Shown: in pieces, positions 38,636-53,100 of the stretch
Position numbering within the stretch: the first letter of the stretch is position 1
Layout of the letters: each line of letters begins with the position of its first letter
NCBI GenBank assembly: GCA_051294375.1
Contig: CM119269.1
Coordinates: forward strand, 7,359,446 to 7,423,445
Length of the DNA: 64,000 nucleotides
Direction: 5' to 3'
Origin: Paraspadella gotoi
Lineage: Eukaryota; Animalia; Chaetognatha
The notes under the pieces: generated by a model
The model's database searches: none
What the model was told of the DNA's origin: nothing
The model's input: only the letters and a program-made list of their open reading frames with translations
Position numbers and translations under genes: made by a program

Positions 38636-41600
38636 ATTTTGGAAAGTATTATTTCTTTCTAATTCTACTCAATGAATGGAGACAAGAAAAAAAAAACAAA
38701 AAACAACTTGATAACAACAGACCTGTTGTTTCTTCTGCGTCCGCCAGGCGTCGATGAGGGCGCGGGGTCGGGCATCGGGATGGAACAGGGAGACACGTCG
38801 TCCGTCGTCTCGCTGTTGTCAGTTTTTGTCGACGGAGTTTCACTGAATAGAAAATAATTAGATTTTCATAATATTATTAGATTAACAGATTTTTAAATGA
38901 TTAGATGTCATATATTTTCACCCTCCTTTTGGCTCTCTTTTCTGTTCCTTAATTCTACTTAATTTTGACCTTTATTTTAATTTTAATTCTTAATCTCATA
39001 ACATAATTCTTAACATTAATCCGTAATCCGAATGCTTAATCTCAACCTATTCCTAATCTCTAAACTTTAACCCTATCAGTAACTATTAACCCTAACCCCT
39101 AACCTTTATCCTTATTTCTTAATCTTTGTCGCTAATCCTAATCACTAATCAAATTTTTAACCCTAATCTTAATATATTTTTGAGGTAATCTTTATCCTAA
39201 TTCTTAAACTAAAGCTCTAAACTAAACTTTCAACTTAATAATAGCTTAATTGCGATATTAAAATGAAATAATAATAATAATAATAATTAATTATTTATTA
39301 ATTAATTAATATTTTTTATTATTAATTAATTAATAATTTTTTATTCCTGTCCCAATTAAATTTCAGCAAAAATGACCCGCTCACCTCTTTATGAAACATG
39401 GTTTAATCATTTCTAAGTTAAGGTTAGGTTAGTTCATTGTTACTCTATTGAGGGTAAGTTGATTTTAAGTGACTCTAAGCTTCAACGCGACCCGCAAATA
39501 TTATAGTTTTTGAAGATAAACGCATACATATTTTTTAGTTTGATAGGCTAAAAAACAATAATACAATACGAGGTTTGTTAAAGCCTTATGTTTTATAAGC
39601 GCGCTAGTGGCTGACTACTACTCTTTTATATAGCAACCCAGAATTTTTGGTACTTACCATAAATGTTAATGATTTGATAAACAAAGGAAATTACTTGAAT
39701 ATTTTTTTAAGAATATTTACATTTATTACAAGTCCATGAGTCGATTGTCTAAAATTTTCAGTATTAGTAAGTATTTATAACCTTACCCAAACCAGCCAAA
39801 TGACTTTTTGACACATGAGCCTCTACCCCCATGATCCCTCGTGACCCCTGACCTTTTATATCCCCTCTTTGTCTGCCTCTTCTTCTCCAGCCATGACCTC
39901 CACGCGGCTTCGCCCAAATCTCTTCTTTGCTTTTCCGTCGCTCGTCGCTCTTCCTCCTCTTGTTGTCTGCAAGCAGGATACCGGGTGGAAGGGAAATAGT
40001 ATTACTTTTAAAATATAAGGATATAGAGCTTTGAGCTGCTATGTAGTTAGTAAAACATACCTGGTTTAAATCGTTGATACTAAATTAAAAAATCATTATA
40101 ATTAAATAAACAAAAGAGCAAAATTTTAAAAAAAGATTCAGCCATATTTTTTAAAAATACCCATTTTCATCATAAATTTGGATTTAAAATAGTTTGAAAA
40201 GATTAGATTAAGGATTAGGTTTAGGGTAAACAATTAAGATAGGAATTAGAGTTAAGAGTTAGACGGGTTAGGGTTTAGAGTTAGAGATGATAAGATTGGG
40301 TAGGGAGTAGATAAAGGTGAGGGATTAGAGTTAGGATATTACCGGTCAAAACTAAAAGTAGATGGATGGACGAATACACATATATGGAAGGACGGAGTGA
40401 CTTAATTTCTTAGCAAAAAATTTCTATAATTTGGTATTATAACATGAACCAAATAATTTACTTACAAGTTACAACACATGAGGGGTTGACAAGCAAACTA
40501 ATAAAATAGTTTATATACCCGGACTATTGTAAGAAAAAAAATTTTATATATGAATTATGACTCATTATCCTGTATTTAGTCATATCTTAATTGACAGATA
40601 TTATTTTTTTTTCATGAATGAAGAAAACCATGTTTTACCTAACTCGTTTAGAAATGATGATTTCAATCTCCAATATTTTTTTCTGGTTGCACACACGACG
40701 CTTTGTTAATTTTTATCGTGTCATATAGGTTATGGGTTAACCATTAAGTTAAAAATTGATAAAGGAACAGAAATGGGGCGCCTTTGGAAAAGAGAGCAAA
40801 GGTTGGATAGGATACTGTCGTTGATTCACGGCAAAACATTAAATTTACCTTTCATTTTGTTTCTCCCTTTTCTATTTTTGGTAGCACGACTATTGACCCT
40901 ATTTTATCATAAATTTTATCTAGTAATTTTAATATATCCAGTTCAGGCAGACTGGCCGACCAAAAAATCCTATTCATTTGAGTCGCTTTTTTATCCGCGA
41001 GAGACGGACAGAGAGACAGACGGACTGACCTCTTGAGTTCGTTCCTTTCGATTCGCTTCTGAATTCTTTCCTTCTCGTCGGCCGACAAAGCGTAGGCCGA
41101 CCGAACGGGCGACATCTCTGACTCAGCGATCGACTTGCGGCGAGCGTAGCCTTGGGAGGAGGGGGAAAGGCAGCCAACGATTTAAATATTTGAAACATCT
41201 TGTAATATAACATCTTTATAATTTTATTTTAAACTGTCTTTTTTTTTTTTATCTAAATTTATGAATTTAACAATTTCCTAGTGAATATACAAGTAATATT
41301 TTATTCATGACGGATTTGTCTTAAAAAGGCCGAACTCAACCTGGAGATGTTTGACTCACCCGAGTGAGGTCGAGACGAACGGACAGAGTTGGAGCGATGA
41401 TTCGTTTCCCGGCTGCGGAGGAGAGGGTGAGTTGTGCAGGGTGATAAGTAAATTTAATTTCAAAGATACCAAAATCTGATTTGCATTTTGTAGATTAAAC
41501 TTAGAAAACCTGAACGTCCTAACCCTCATGATTCCCAACACGCCCACTTACCCTTCCCCAGCCGCGGCAGAAGTCCAAGGTCTGTTCGACGGATTCGTTG

Positions 41601-42722
41601 TCGACGCCTGCCACTGACGCCGCCCGCTCCACCGCAGCGGCGCCGCGTTGTAAGCGAGCCTGACGTTGACGACGCCGCCGCCGCCGCTTCCGACGCTTCC
41701 GCCGCCGCTGCTGCTGCTACTGCTGCTGTTGGCTGAGGAGTTGAGAGATTGAACCGGAGGATGAGAGTGAGAGATGGCTGCTGCGGGTTGGTGAGGAGGG
41801 GGGGGTTTGTGATCGATTGGTTTGGAGTACGACGACGACGACGGCGACGACGACGATGGCGACGACGAAGACACCGCCAGCGAATTTCTTGGTTCCTTTG
41901 AGTTTTTGACTGAAGTTGAGGAAGGATCGTCGAGCGTCGATTCTGGCGGGAAAGATATTGAATAAGAATAGAATATCTCTCTCTCTATCTCTCTATATCT
42001 CTCTATATCTCTCTATATATCTCTATACTCTTCTCTATATATCTCTCTATCTCTCTATATATCTCTCTATCTCTCTATATATCTCTCTATCTCTCTATAT
42101 ATCTCTCTATCTCTCTATATATCTCTCTATCTCTCTATATATCTCTCTATCTCTCTATATATCTCATCTATCTCTCTATATATCTCTCTATCTCTCTATA
42201 TATCTCTCTATCTCTCTATATATCTCTCTATCTCTCTATATATCTCTCTATCTCTCTATTATACTCTCTCTATCTCTCTATATCTCTCTATATCTCTCTA
42301 TATATCTCTCTATCTCTCTATATACTCTCTCTATATCTCTCTATATATCTCTCTTATCTCTCTATATATCTCTCTTATTCTTTATATATCTCTCTATATT
42401 CTCTCTATATATCTCTACTATCTCTCTATATATCTCTCTATCTCTCTATATATCTCTCTATCTCTCATATATATCTCTCTATCTCTCTATATATCTCTCT
42501 TATCTCTCTATATATCTCTCTATCTCTCTATAATATCTCTCTATCTCTCTATACTCTATCTCTCTATCTCTCTATATATCTCTCTATCTCTCTATATATC
42601 TCTCTATCTCTCTATATCTCTCTCTAATCTCTCTATATCTCTCTCTCTCTCTATATATATGTCCTCTCTCTCTAATCTCTCTCTTCTCTCTCTATATCTC
42701 TCTCTCTCTATATATTCTCTCA

Positions 42723-42787
<65 letters not shown>

Positions 42788-44885
42788 TTCGCTGCTTTCC
42801 AACGCCAGGAGATCGGGATGCAGCCCCTGATTCGTTGTATTCGTTAACATCAACTGTCAAAAATATTAACATTACAACAAAAGACTGATGGACGAACGAA
42901 CATACATACGGAGAGCGAAATCAGATGGAAAACTAGATAAACAGACAGGTCATGATTGCAGCATCTTAAAAACTAAACGAACTCACCTATCTCGAACTTT
43001 CCTTCTCTTTCAATCACGAACTGATTGTTGCTGTCTTTGGTCGTCGTCTTCGTCGTCTTCATCGTCGTCGCCGTCGTCGCCGTCTCTCCCAATTTTTCCT
43101 CCTTTTTCTTTTCCTCCTTTTCGCTCCGTTCCGTTCCTTGTCCTTGACTTTGTCCCCATCCTTGTCCTTCGCTCTGTCCCGTTCCTGGTCCCTTTCGTAG
43201 TGATTTTCTCGTTCCATCGTCGCTCATTTTCCGTCTCAAGTTTCTCGTAGTGACTCTCTCCTCCCCGCGATCCGTCTGTCCGTCTCTGTGTCCAACTTGT
43301 CCGTTTCTCTGTCCAATTTCTTGTCCTTCTCTCTTTCCTCTTTGATTTTTCTGCGATTTTTCCGTTTTTTTCTCTTTCGCTTCGACGAGATGAGCTTTTT
43401 CCTCCTTCCTCCCTTTTTCCTCCTTCCTTCCTCTCTCCTCTTCCTCCGTTCTACCTATCTCCTCCACCCCTCTCTCTCCTCTCTCCTTCGAGCCTCTCTT
43501 TTCTCCCTCTCTTCTTCTCTCCTCCTCCTCCTCCTCTCTCCTCTCCTTCTCCTTCCTTTCCTCCCTCTCCGCCTCCTCGTCCTCTCTCGCAATCTCCGCC
43601 AAATATTCCCTCATGTTTTCGGAGTCTTCTCGATCCATCGCTTCCTGCAGAGCCTGAAGAGATTTTTTTTTAAAAAAGGTAAATAAATATATTAAATTAT
43701 TAATTAATAAATAAATAAAAGGATCAAAAAAATCAATCGTTCAATCGAATCATAAGTCAATCAATTTTAAACAGTCAATATTTAATATCAAAATCAATCA
43801 ATCACAAAATTAAAATTTAAAAAAAAAATCGAAAATTAAAAAAGTAATATAATTTATCAATCAATTCATCAAAAAAATCAAATCATTTATTCGATTATTT
43901 AAATAAATCAATCAAACAATCAGTCATTTTTTCAAAAAAATCAACCAATCAATCAAATCCCCCCCTCCCCTCTAACCATTATTCTCTCCTCCTCTGCCTT
44001 CATCTCTTCCTCCGTTTTCTCCTCTTTCTCTTCTCCCGCGTCTCCCCATCGATCTCCCTCCCCCCACCCTCTCTCCTCCCATCTCTCCTCCTCCTCCTCC
44101 TCTTCCTCCTCCGGCTCAACTTCAACTGCGACGCTGACGAGGTTTTCCTTGAAGGTCACGTGTCGCCTTCGATCCGATTCGACGGGCGTCTCGTCCTCAT
44201 CGTGGCGTCGGTTCACCTCGCGGAGTCGGGCGACCAGAGCGTCCTCTTCGTCCGAGTCTTTTCGTCGTTTTTTTGTTTTGTTTTTTTGTTTGTTTTTTTG
44301 TTTTGTTTTTAATTAGTTTGGGTATTTATTTTGATTTTATTTTACAGCGTTTCGTTTTGTTGTTGGAGAGGGAGAGGGTAATTGATAGGGATTAAAATCA
44401 ATGATTAATTATCAACCAGGTCGAAATTATTAAACCTTTTTTCAACAACAAAAAAATGCTATTGTGGATGATTTTGAACGTTTTGGTTGAATATGAAGAC
44501 ATTTTCTTAATCAATTTGGCCCTAGTGACTTTTGCAAACCTTCCACTTAAGTTTTAAAGGGAAAAAAATAAATAGTAATATATTTTTGCACAACAAAACC
44601 AAAGCACAACTTTTTTAAAAAAAATATTATTTGGTATTTTATGTTTTGTATCAACCATTTATCTTTTTACAGTAACAAACATCAACGAAAAAGCTAATCA
44701 AACTAATTACAAATTACAATCAAGTTAAACAATATACACTATATTTGTATACTACTCGACAAGAACGCCAGCATATATTGATCAATGGATTAATTAAACT
44801 TACAGGTGAGGCCTTCCAGCATTTGTTGCCTCATCGCTCGAAGTTCCGCTTCCAAATGTTTGTTCATTTGTTCTTCCGAACTCAT
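38034..44885 (-). CDS. CCDC181: Coiled-coil domain-containing protein 181 homologue, 12 coding exons
   Basis: Exons 44885-44804, 44257-43977, 43653-42987, 42853-42787, 41942-41552, 41412-41360, 41150-41030, 39966-39787, 38842-38723, 38527-38430, 38334-38261, 38149-38034. Ordered motifs RLREVNRR..RRRHVTFKENLV, FVIEREGKFEI, SAYALSADEKE, AWRSWLEKKR, LIDAWRTQKKQ, RAFRDWLRRK match CCDC181 as I recall it. Two 1-nt frame discrepancies (exon 4; G-run 38764-38767). Start codon tentative. Confidence 0.8.
41973..42785. repeat. Complex (TC)/(TA) microsatellite-minisatellite array filling a CCDC181 intron
   Basis: About 800 bp of tctctctatatatctctcta-type units ending in a (TC)n run. Confidence 0.92.
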
Positions 44886-47165
44886 CGTATCAAACTGAAT
44901 ATATTCAGAAAGGTTGTTATTGTATTTTTGTTTTTATTAAGTTGCATTTCTAAAGTTATACAGTTATACAGTTCTACAGTTCTACCTACAGGTATGTTAT
45001 ATCAAAAGTCTTAGATCCTGACCACAAATAAAAAAAAATCATAATAATAATAATAATAATACTAAGTAAAATAATAGTAAAAAAAAAATAAGTATCTCGA
45101 CTATGATTTTTGTTTTATATTAAATGTTATAGCTTGCAATTTGTGTTACCTGTTAGTTCAAATCCATAGAAAGATTTTTTTTAATGTTCTTCCATTGTTT
45201 CTTTCGACATTAATAAAAATTAAAAATTAAAATAAAATAGGTTGGAAAAGAAACACGTTCAGTAAAATTTATTTTATTCTTTGAAAGATCGACTTTGTTA
45301 TTTAAAATATGATCAATAAAAAATTTGAATGTCAACTTATTCTAAAATCTCTTCGAAATTGTGTTACTAACATGAAGATAAGTTTATGTTTTGCACTGTC
45401 AAAAGACAGGAAAAAATACCCCCCCAAAAAATGGACAAACTGCAGCAAAGAAGGCGGTAACTTAGCGACGAAGTCAACAAGATGATCATTTGTTGATGTT
45501 CGGGAACGGAGCGACCTCTGTCGTCGTGCTCATCGTCGTCGTCGTCGTCGTCGTCGTCGTCCACTCCTCGGCCACGAAACAACTCTGATTCCCGCCTCTC
45601 CCTGGGCAGCACTGGGCCTCCGTTGGTCACATGTTCGACTCACAAACTTTTAGCTCTGTGAAATTCGCGACTGTGAACATTTTGATGAGACGACGACGGC
45701 GACGACAACGAAGACTGAAAAATTGATTAAAACCCAAAACGGAATCGACGTCCGCTTTACATAAATAAATCTTTTTGGATAAAAATAAATTTGATCTCGA
45801 GAAAGATTTCTTCGTTGTCTTCCCCCAGTGTGATGAAAACGTCGATAAAGTTTAACTAAGAAGAACGAAACTTTAAAAAAATACACTATGTTTTCAGAGA
45901 GTATTGAGAGCTAAAACGTAAGAATCATGTTACAATATATTAGTTCATTACATTCTGACTCAGTAACTCAATTTTTCAACTTGTTCTCTCGGTTTTTGCT
46001 AAACTAACTTTTTTTTTTCAAATAGCCATACTTATATCATGTAACATTGTGTAATCTTCAAATTCGAGTGACGATCTTAACTTTTGACACGTTTCAATCA
46101 ATGTTTTCACGCGAAAAAAAAAGTTGGACTCTCGATCTGGAAAAGTTTACATATATACTTATATAGTTATTTTTCTCGTGAATTCGTAGATCGAAATTAG
46201 GACTTTGAAAAGGTCACATACGTAACAAATTAAACAACCGTGAAAACCAGGAGTATCACGATTCTACGAATTCGTTTATTTCTTTTATTTTCTCCCATAG
46301 TTTAATAATTTATTAATTTATCCGATGATTGTTGTTATTTTTAGAAATTCAAGTTTGCAATGATCAACTATTACCTATTAAATTAAATTTACCTCTCTTT
46401 CTCTCGCAAGTATTTCTTCATCCTTCGATCTGTCCCTATTTCCTCGCTCCCCCTCCTCTTCCTTCCTTCTCTCCCTCTCATTTTCCTCTCTTTCTCCCTT
46501 CCCCGTTTCCCTCTCGCTCTTCCTCTTCCCTCCCCTTCCTCCACTCTTTCCCCTTTCCTCTCCCAATTCCTCTCTCCGCCCACAGATGTCGCTTTCAACA
46601 AAAGACATCGCTCGCGTCGCGACTCCTCGTCAACGCGAACCGAATTTCGGCGCCAAATTTGATTTTCACTTTGACGGAATCGACTGAGCAGACGGCAAAT
46701 CGGGCGGAAATCGGGCGAATGGCAAAAAGAATGGCACCGGCGAATGAGAGTACTGACGGGATGCTTCACGGGCTTTAGCGAATGGTATACTGAAGGGTTT
46801 TATCGTATCGATGGCAATTGCGAATGACAAACTTAAGGGAATTATCGACTTCGGAAAATGGAAAACTAACGGGCTTCGAAAATAAATTTACGCCACTCAA
46901 TAACTCAAACAAAAGAGCAACGCAATCCTCACCCCACTCCCAATTATATATATATATTGTATATTATTTGTACGCTATCTTTTATGACATATATTACGTA
47001 ATATATATTATTCAAAGAAAAAAAAAACATTCCTTGCTTCCCACCGACGATCATAGAAACGCGTTTTTTCTCAAAACCACCCAAACCGATATATTCCTCA
47101 TTCTTCCCGAGCGCCGCCTTTTGCAAGAAAAGAAAACATAAAAATAAAACAAACAAAGCGAAACC

Positions 47166-50100
47166 ATGGAAACGATCTTCGATCTCGACGACTTTCTCCC
47201 GAATCTGGAAGAAAATCCTTTCGGTTTTGATGTTGAGGTCAACGTGGGTTTCGAGGCGACGAGAGGTCTGTCTGTCAGTCTGTCCCAATTAAAAATGTTT
47301 AAAACTCGGTATGAAGGTGAGGTCATTATGTGTACCCTACTTGTAAAGTCTCTGATCACCTTAAGAAGGTATCACATTACCAAAATTTAATGCAGCTTAA
47401 ATTTGGTTGCTTTTTTTATTTTTGCTGTCACGAATGTAAGAGACTACTAGCGCTACCTTTAGTTTTTTAAAAAAATTGTATGAAGAATAAATTACGATTT
47501 CCAATGCAGTGCGTGTCGAACACGGCGCAACTCAATTCAAAATTCAATCATTGAATAAGAACTTTCGTTTATTAATTATATGTTCTTTCGTTAATTATTA
47601 ATCTATTTAATCTTCTACTCTTTTAAATTATATCCCACCAGATTCTGAGCCCTCTCCGTCCGAAGCCATCAATTCCCCTCATCCTCCTTGAGTCCTCAAC
47701 CTCGATCCCGCTGCAACACCTGGCCGCTGCTGTTGCGGGTCGGCGCGACGGCGGCGGCGGCGGCGGCGGCGGCGCGGAAGACGACAACGGATCCGCGGCG
47801 TCGAAAAGGCGCCGGTTTGGAGCCGGCGTCGTCGTCATCGCGGAGGAAGGAAGCGACGCCGAAGGAGGAAGCAGGGAGGAAGAGGAGGAGGAGGAAGGGT
47901 GGAGGAGAAGAGGGGAGGAAGTCAACGGATTCGGGAGAGGTAAGGAGTTAAGGGTAGAGGGTGGACGAGGTTGGTAGAGGTGGGGGCCTCGGGTTAGAAT
48001 GGAAATAGCCCTAGTGAAAAGTGGTTATGAACAAATTTTGAAAAATGTATTTTTTAGCCTTTTTTACATCTACTGACGAAAATGTCTGGACGACTACTAA
48101 TTTTGATAATCACTTTGTAGACATATGATCACTTTGAATTTACAGGGAGGTCTAGCTCTTTTGAGACGAGTAAATAAAATAATTATTGAATGAAAATTGG
48201 TACACTGAAAAAACGTGTAATGACAACACAATCAATTAAAAAGATTCAAGACCATTGACCATGACCAGAGAAGACTGCACATGCTTTTGGGACTGCGCCC
48301 GATGGGAATGCTATCATTTCTGTCACTATTATTGCTGTCAGAAGGTCGATAGTTCTAGAGGGGATGCGCGACATTGTGCTTCTGTATCCTTAAATTTTCA
48401 TCAATCTGGGGGATTGCAGTCAGAAAAACTACGAGGACAAAAGTCAGGAGTCACCATTAAAGCGTAGTAAAAATTCTACATTTAACTTTAATCAAAATTC
48501 TAAAAGTGTGGAACGAACAACATTATACTAATGAAATTTATGTATAACAAAATATATAATATATATATAAATATATATAATTTTATACTAGTAATAATCC
48601 AATAAATGTTAAAATTTCCATATAGTTTTTTTTTAAGATTTTTTTTTGCAGATTTGGTTTCGTCATGAAAAGTTGTTATAAAGAAATATAACTCTTTTTT
48701 AAAAATTATTTCATTAAGTTTATCAAATATAAAAAAAAACCCTATATTTCAAGCTGAAAATTATATTTTATATATTAAATAAAGTTTTTCTTCATTTTTA
48801 ACCCACTTAATTAAAAAAATTTTAAAAATGATTTATATTTTCTTTTATCAACTTTTGACGAGAAATTCAAATCATTTTGTTGCTGTAAGATCTGGACCTG
48901 CCTGTATTTTGTTTTTAACGCGTTTAATTTTTTTAATAATAAAAATTTCGGTGATTGATAAATTCGCGGCCAAATTAATTTTTATGAAAAAAATATAAGA
49001 AAAGAAAAAGAAAAAGAAAAACCGAAACTGGAAAAGAAAAGAAAAAAAAACAGATTTTGTAAGAAAAGAAGTTGAAAGGTGAAGAAGAAACATGACAGTT
49101 TGAGGAAAAGAAAGAATAGAAATGAAAGGAAACGGGGGAAAAAGTGGCGCGGAAGGATAAAAAAAAAAGAATGAGAATGTTGCATCTGATATTCTATCGA
49201 TTCACTTTTATGCGGACAAAAACGACACAAAAAAATGTAATTTGATCATTTTTTGTGTACGGAGGAAAGAATAAGAAGTCGATTTTGGATTAGATAACTC
49301 TAACTAGTTACGCCGCCAGTACTCGCTATGCAACTCGATTAGTCACTTTTCGGTCGGTCGGTCAGTCGGTAGGTCTTTCTATCCATCGGTCTATTTTAGG
49401 TCTTAAGTCATACTTCATCAATTTAGTTCATATTTGGTAGAAAGGTAAGGTACCATAATACCTTTAATGTGTATAACTATCATACTTGTGATTACCTTAC
49501 AAATCTATCACATGAAATACTGAATATTTTTAATTAATTTGGGGTAGACTCGTAAGGTATCTGAAAATGATTGTTTCATACATGAAACCACGTAAAACTG
49601 TGGTCACGTGACAACAGAGCAAATGAGGCATAATTTGCGTAATATTTGGTAGTTTTAGTGAAAACATTCATATAACGTTTGTTTCACATAACTTTTATAG
49701 TTATGTCTAGTCTCATAATAAGTCGGAAATACACGTGAAAATAAAGTTACTGTGGTGCAACACATTAGAAGGACCATTTATTTTTCCTTTTTTGAAAAAC
49801 GATAGTTTAAAGCGAAATGCTTATTAAGCATTGCTTAATACTTGAGTTAAGAAAAAGGTTTTAGGACTTCCGATACTCGAGGCGACATCTTTTATCTTAT
49901 ATTCGCGAAATTCGCGGGAAAAAAGAGAGAGTTGCTTCGATGCCTTAGAGTGGCGACGATGACGACGACGACAACGGCGACGACGACGAGCCGCTCAGAG
50001 CGACGAAACGTGTCACGAGTCTCTTCTCAAAGCCTTCACTTCTATCACAAGGAGTAAAAACTCACAATTTATTTTCATGAAGGAACCATTTTTTATTTTA

Positions 50101-53100
50101 ATTTCTCTCATTCAATCATATCTGGTTTTCTTTTTTCTTTTTTTTTTATGTAAAATTGTGAAAAATATCCTAACAAAGCTTTTTAGAATTAATTGATTAC
50201 ACGTTAATAGTAATAATAATAATGATAATAATAATAAATAATAATAATAATAATAATAATGTTTGAAAAAAAATCTGATTTTTCTATAGCTTTTTTAACT
50301 TAGTTCTTAGTCAAAATTAATTACAGGATTCCGATTTTTTCCGTCTTTTGTTTCCATTTTTTTATCTCTTGATCTTATCTGCTTCTTGCTTCTGACTTTC
50401 TTATCTTTTTCATATTTTTTTTCTACGTTGTCCAATCATTTCTATCAACCCTTAAAAGTTTTTGTTTTCTTTTTCTTTTTTTAACATTTTTCTTTGTTAT
50501 TTTCTTTCCTCCTTTAGCCTTTAATTTCCTTTCCTCCTTTACACAATTGTTTCCCTTTTCCTTGTCCTTTTCCTTTCTCTCTAATTCCTTTCCTTTCCTT
50601 TCCTTTCTAACCATTTCTCCCGCGGTTATAATCAGATTTGTTGCTTTGAATTTTTTTCCCTTAGACGAATTCACGAGTCAATTCATCATCTTCAATTGTT
50701 ACCGCGCGAAACTGAAAATAAATAAATTTAACTACGTACATTCGTTCGCAGTGTTAAATACAAATGAATCTACATAGGTTTATGTAAATCGAAACACCTT
50801 TGTCCATTGTCGGCATACACCTGTATTAAAAATCAAATCTCATCGCCCTCAAGGTCATTTCGAAATCGAAAAGGAAAAAGACGACGACGACGACGACGAT
50901 TATTTCGTCAAAAAAGGCGACGACGACGAAGAAGAAGAATACGACGATTTCGACGAGGAGTTGGCCGCCTCCATCTTGAGGGAACTGGGCACCGCGCGAA
51001 AGTGAGCGGGGGGGGGCAGGTAAAAAAAGGAGGAACCGTAGGAAGAAGGAAAGGGGAAAGATGGAGAGGGAAGGGGGAGGGTAAGGAGAAAGGAGAAAGG
51101 GAGGAGAAAAGGGTAAGGTAGGATAAAGTTAAAGGATGGTAGGAGGAATGAAAGAAAGGGTAAACACTAAGTGAAAAATGAATGTTCTGTAGTCGGGCAT
51201 TGCTTTAAGTTCACCCGGCCGATAACCATTATGTACCGGGATCGACGAACTTATATACCAAAACTTGACAAAAACTTTCCCAGCTATCAAAGAGAAATTT
51301 ATATAAAAAACTGTCTTATGCCATAAGGTTAGAACGTTATGGTTAGACTTTTTTTAGTCGGATCTGCAAGTAAAAATAAGTTTAAATAGAAAAAACATTT
51401 CCGTAAATCAGATCATATAGTGATTTTTTTCCATTTCAACTCATTTCCACTTGGACCATTCCATCAAAACTTTATATCCAGCTCAATCACACACTTCCCT
51501 AACCACACACAAAATTTCATTCCTATCCATTCATCCAATCATGAGTAAATGGTGTTTTTCGCTAAGGTGGGACGGACAGACAGATAGACGGACGATCGGA
51601 CGGACGTACGGACATCTTTTTTTTGCATAATTTATCATAATTTGATGTTCTGACATGATATAAGTGAATGCCCGATAAGATTTAGGGGGCGGACCGACGG
51701 ACCGACAAAGTGAATTATAGAGTAGGGATCTGCTGATAATCAGATCCGACTAAAAACTTTGAGATAATTTATCAAATAATTTTGATAGAGCTTTCTACTC
51801 AATGAGCTTTTTTGCATTTAACATGAGTAAAACAATTATTGTGAAATATACCCCATGAGCCAAATCAAATGATATAAAATAAACCACTGCCATACTTTAC
51901 TGTATTGAGATAAACTCAATTATATTTTTTTAATTGATAGATAAATCCTTGATGTTTTTATGTATAAATTAGAAAAGTTAGAAATTGAATTCAACGAGAT
52001 TTTTATTTCAATAGATAAACCGACATGTTTCAGCTTTATTCAAGTCTTCATCAGCGTTAACAGTTGATGAATTCAATTTCAAACTTTTCTAATAACATCA
52101 ACACAACGAAAAAGAAAGCAATACGTCACTATGTATAAATTTTATTTTAATTTATAATCATTAACAACTTTACATCTATCGACGTAGAACTGACAAAGAG
52201 CTGACAAATAAACGTAAACTTAGATCGTTACTGGGTAAAAAGGAACGTTTCTGCTTGCGGAATCTTGCCCATCTAAAGTTAAGCATGCAGAAGCAACATT
52301 ACGCTAGGAGCGATTAAGAAAACCATGCAAGATTCTGTTAACAAATATTTGCCATAAAAAAATGATGGTTTTGAATCGCTTGGATTTGCTTTTGATTTAT
52401 GATTGACATAATCGGCATAAGCTGTTAGTAATTTAGATAGACATAAATAAAAAATTAAAATTAGTAAAAACCAATTAGTTTTTGAAAAAAATCTAAAATA
52501 TATGGATTTCCCTTTTAATATAAACATCTGATTAAAGATTGGAAAAAACGAAATGCACAAAAAAAAGAAAAAGTTTTTATTAAAATTAAAACACCCTTCT
52601 GAATCTTTTGGGGATTGTATTATAGCCAGGGCTTCCTTTGTTAACCGTTCAAAACTTTTTTGTCCCCTTATTGCAGTCGCAAAATCTGATTCTAATTTTG
52701 TTGCAGCATATTGAAAAAACCAAAAAACTATGACTGGTATAAAACAGGATATCGCTAAAAGCAAAATTGCAAAGATAGTCTGCTTTCGTTTGTTTAAGAC
52801 TGTTAAAAATATTTTTTTCTGGGCTACTAAGAAAATTAACAAAATTGTCAATGGATAAAAAAAGATCATTAAAGCTTTAGAGGGTTTATTTTCTTGAGAA
52901 TGTAAAAAGGGCATGGCTCCTAGATATAATAAAGATTCTATAGCTAAAATATATTGAAAAAATATTTTTTTCGATATCATTAAAAAGCTCATATCGATAA
53001 CAAAATAACAATATTTCAATAGTAAATATCATAAAAATAGTTTTATCTTGAATGAAAAAAATTGAACTATTTCCCAATACAATATAAATTTTGTTATTAA

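Noticed and set aside
45367-45630. Poly-Asp ORF as an extra CCDC181 coding exon
   Set aside because: Driven by a (GAC)n microsatellite; I found no phase-compatible splice to 44894. It may be UTR or promoter sequence.
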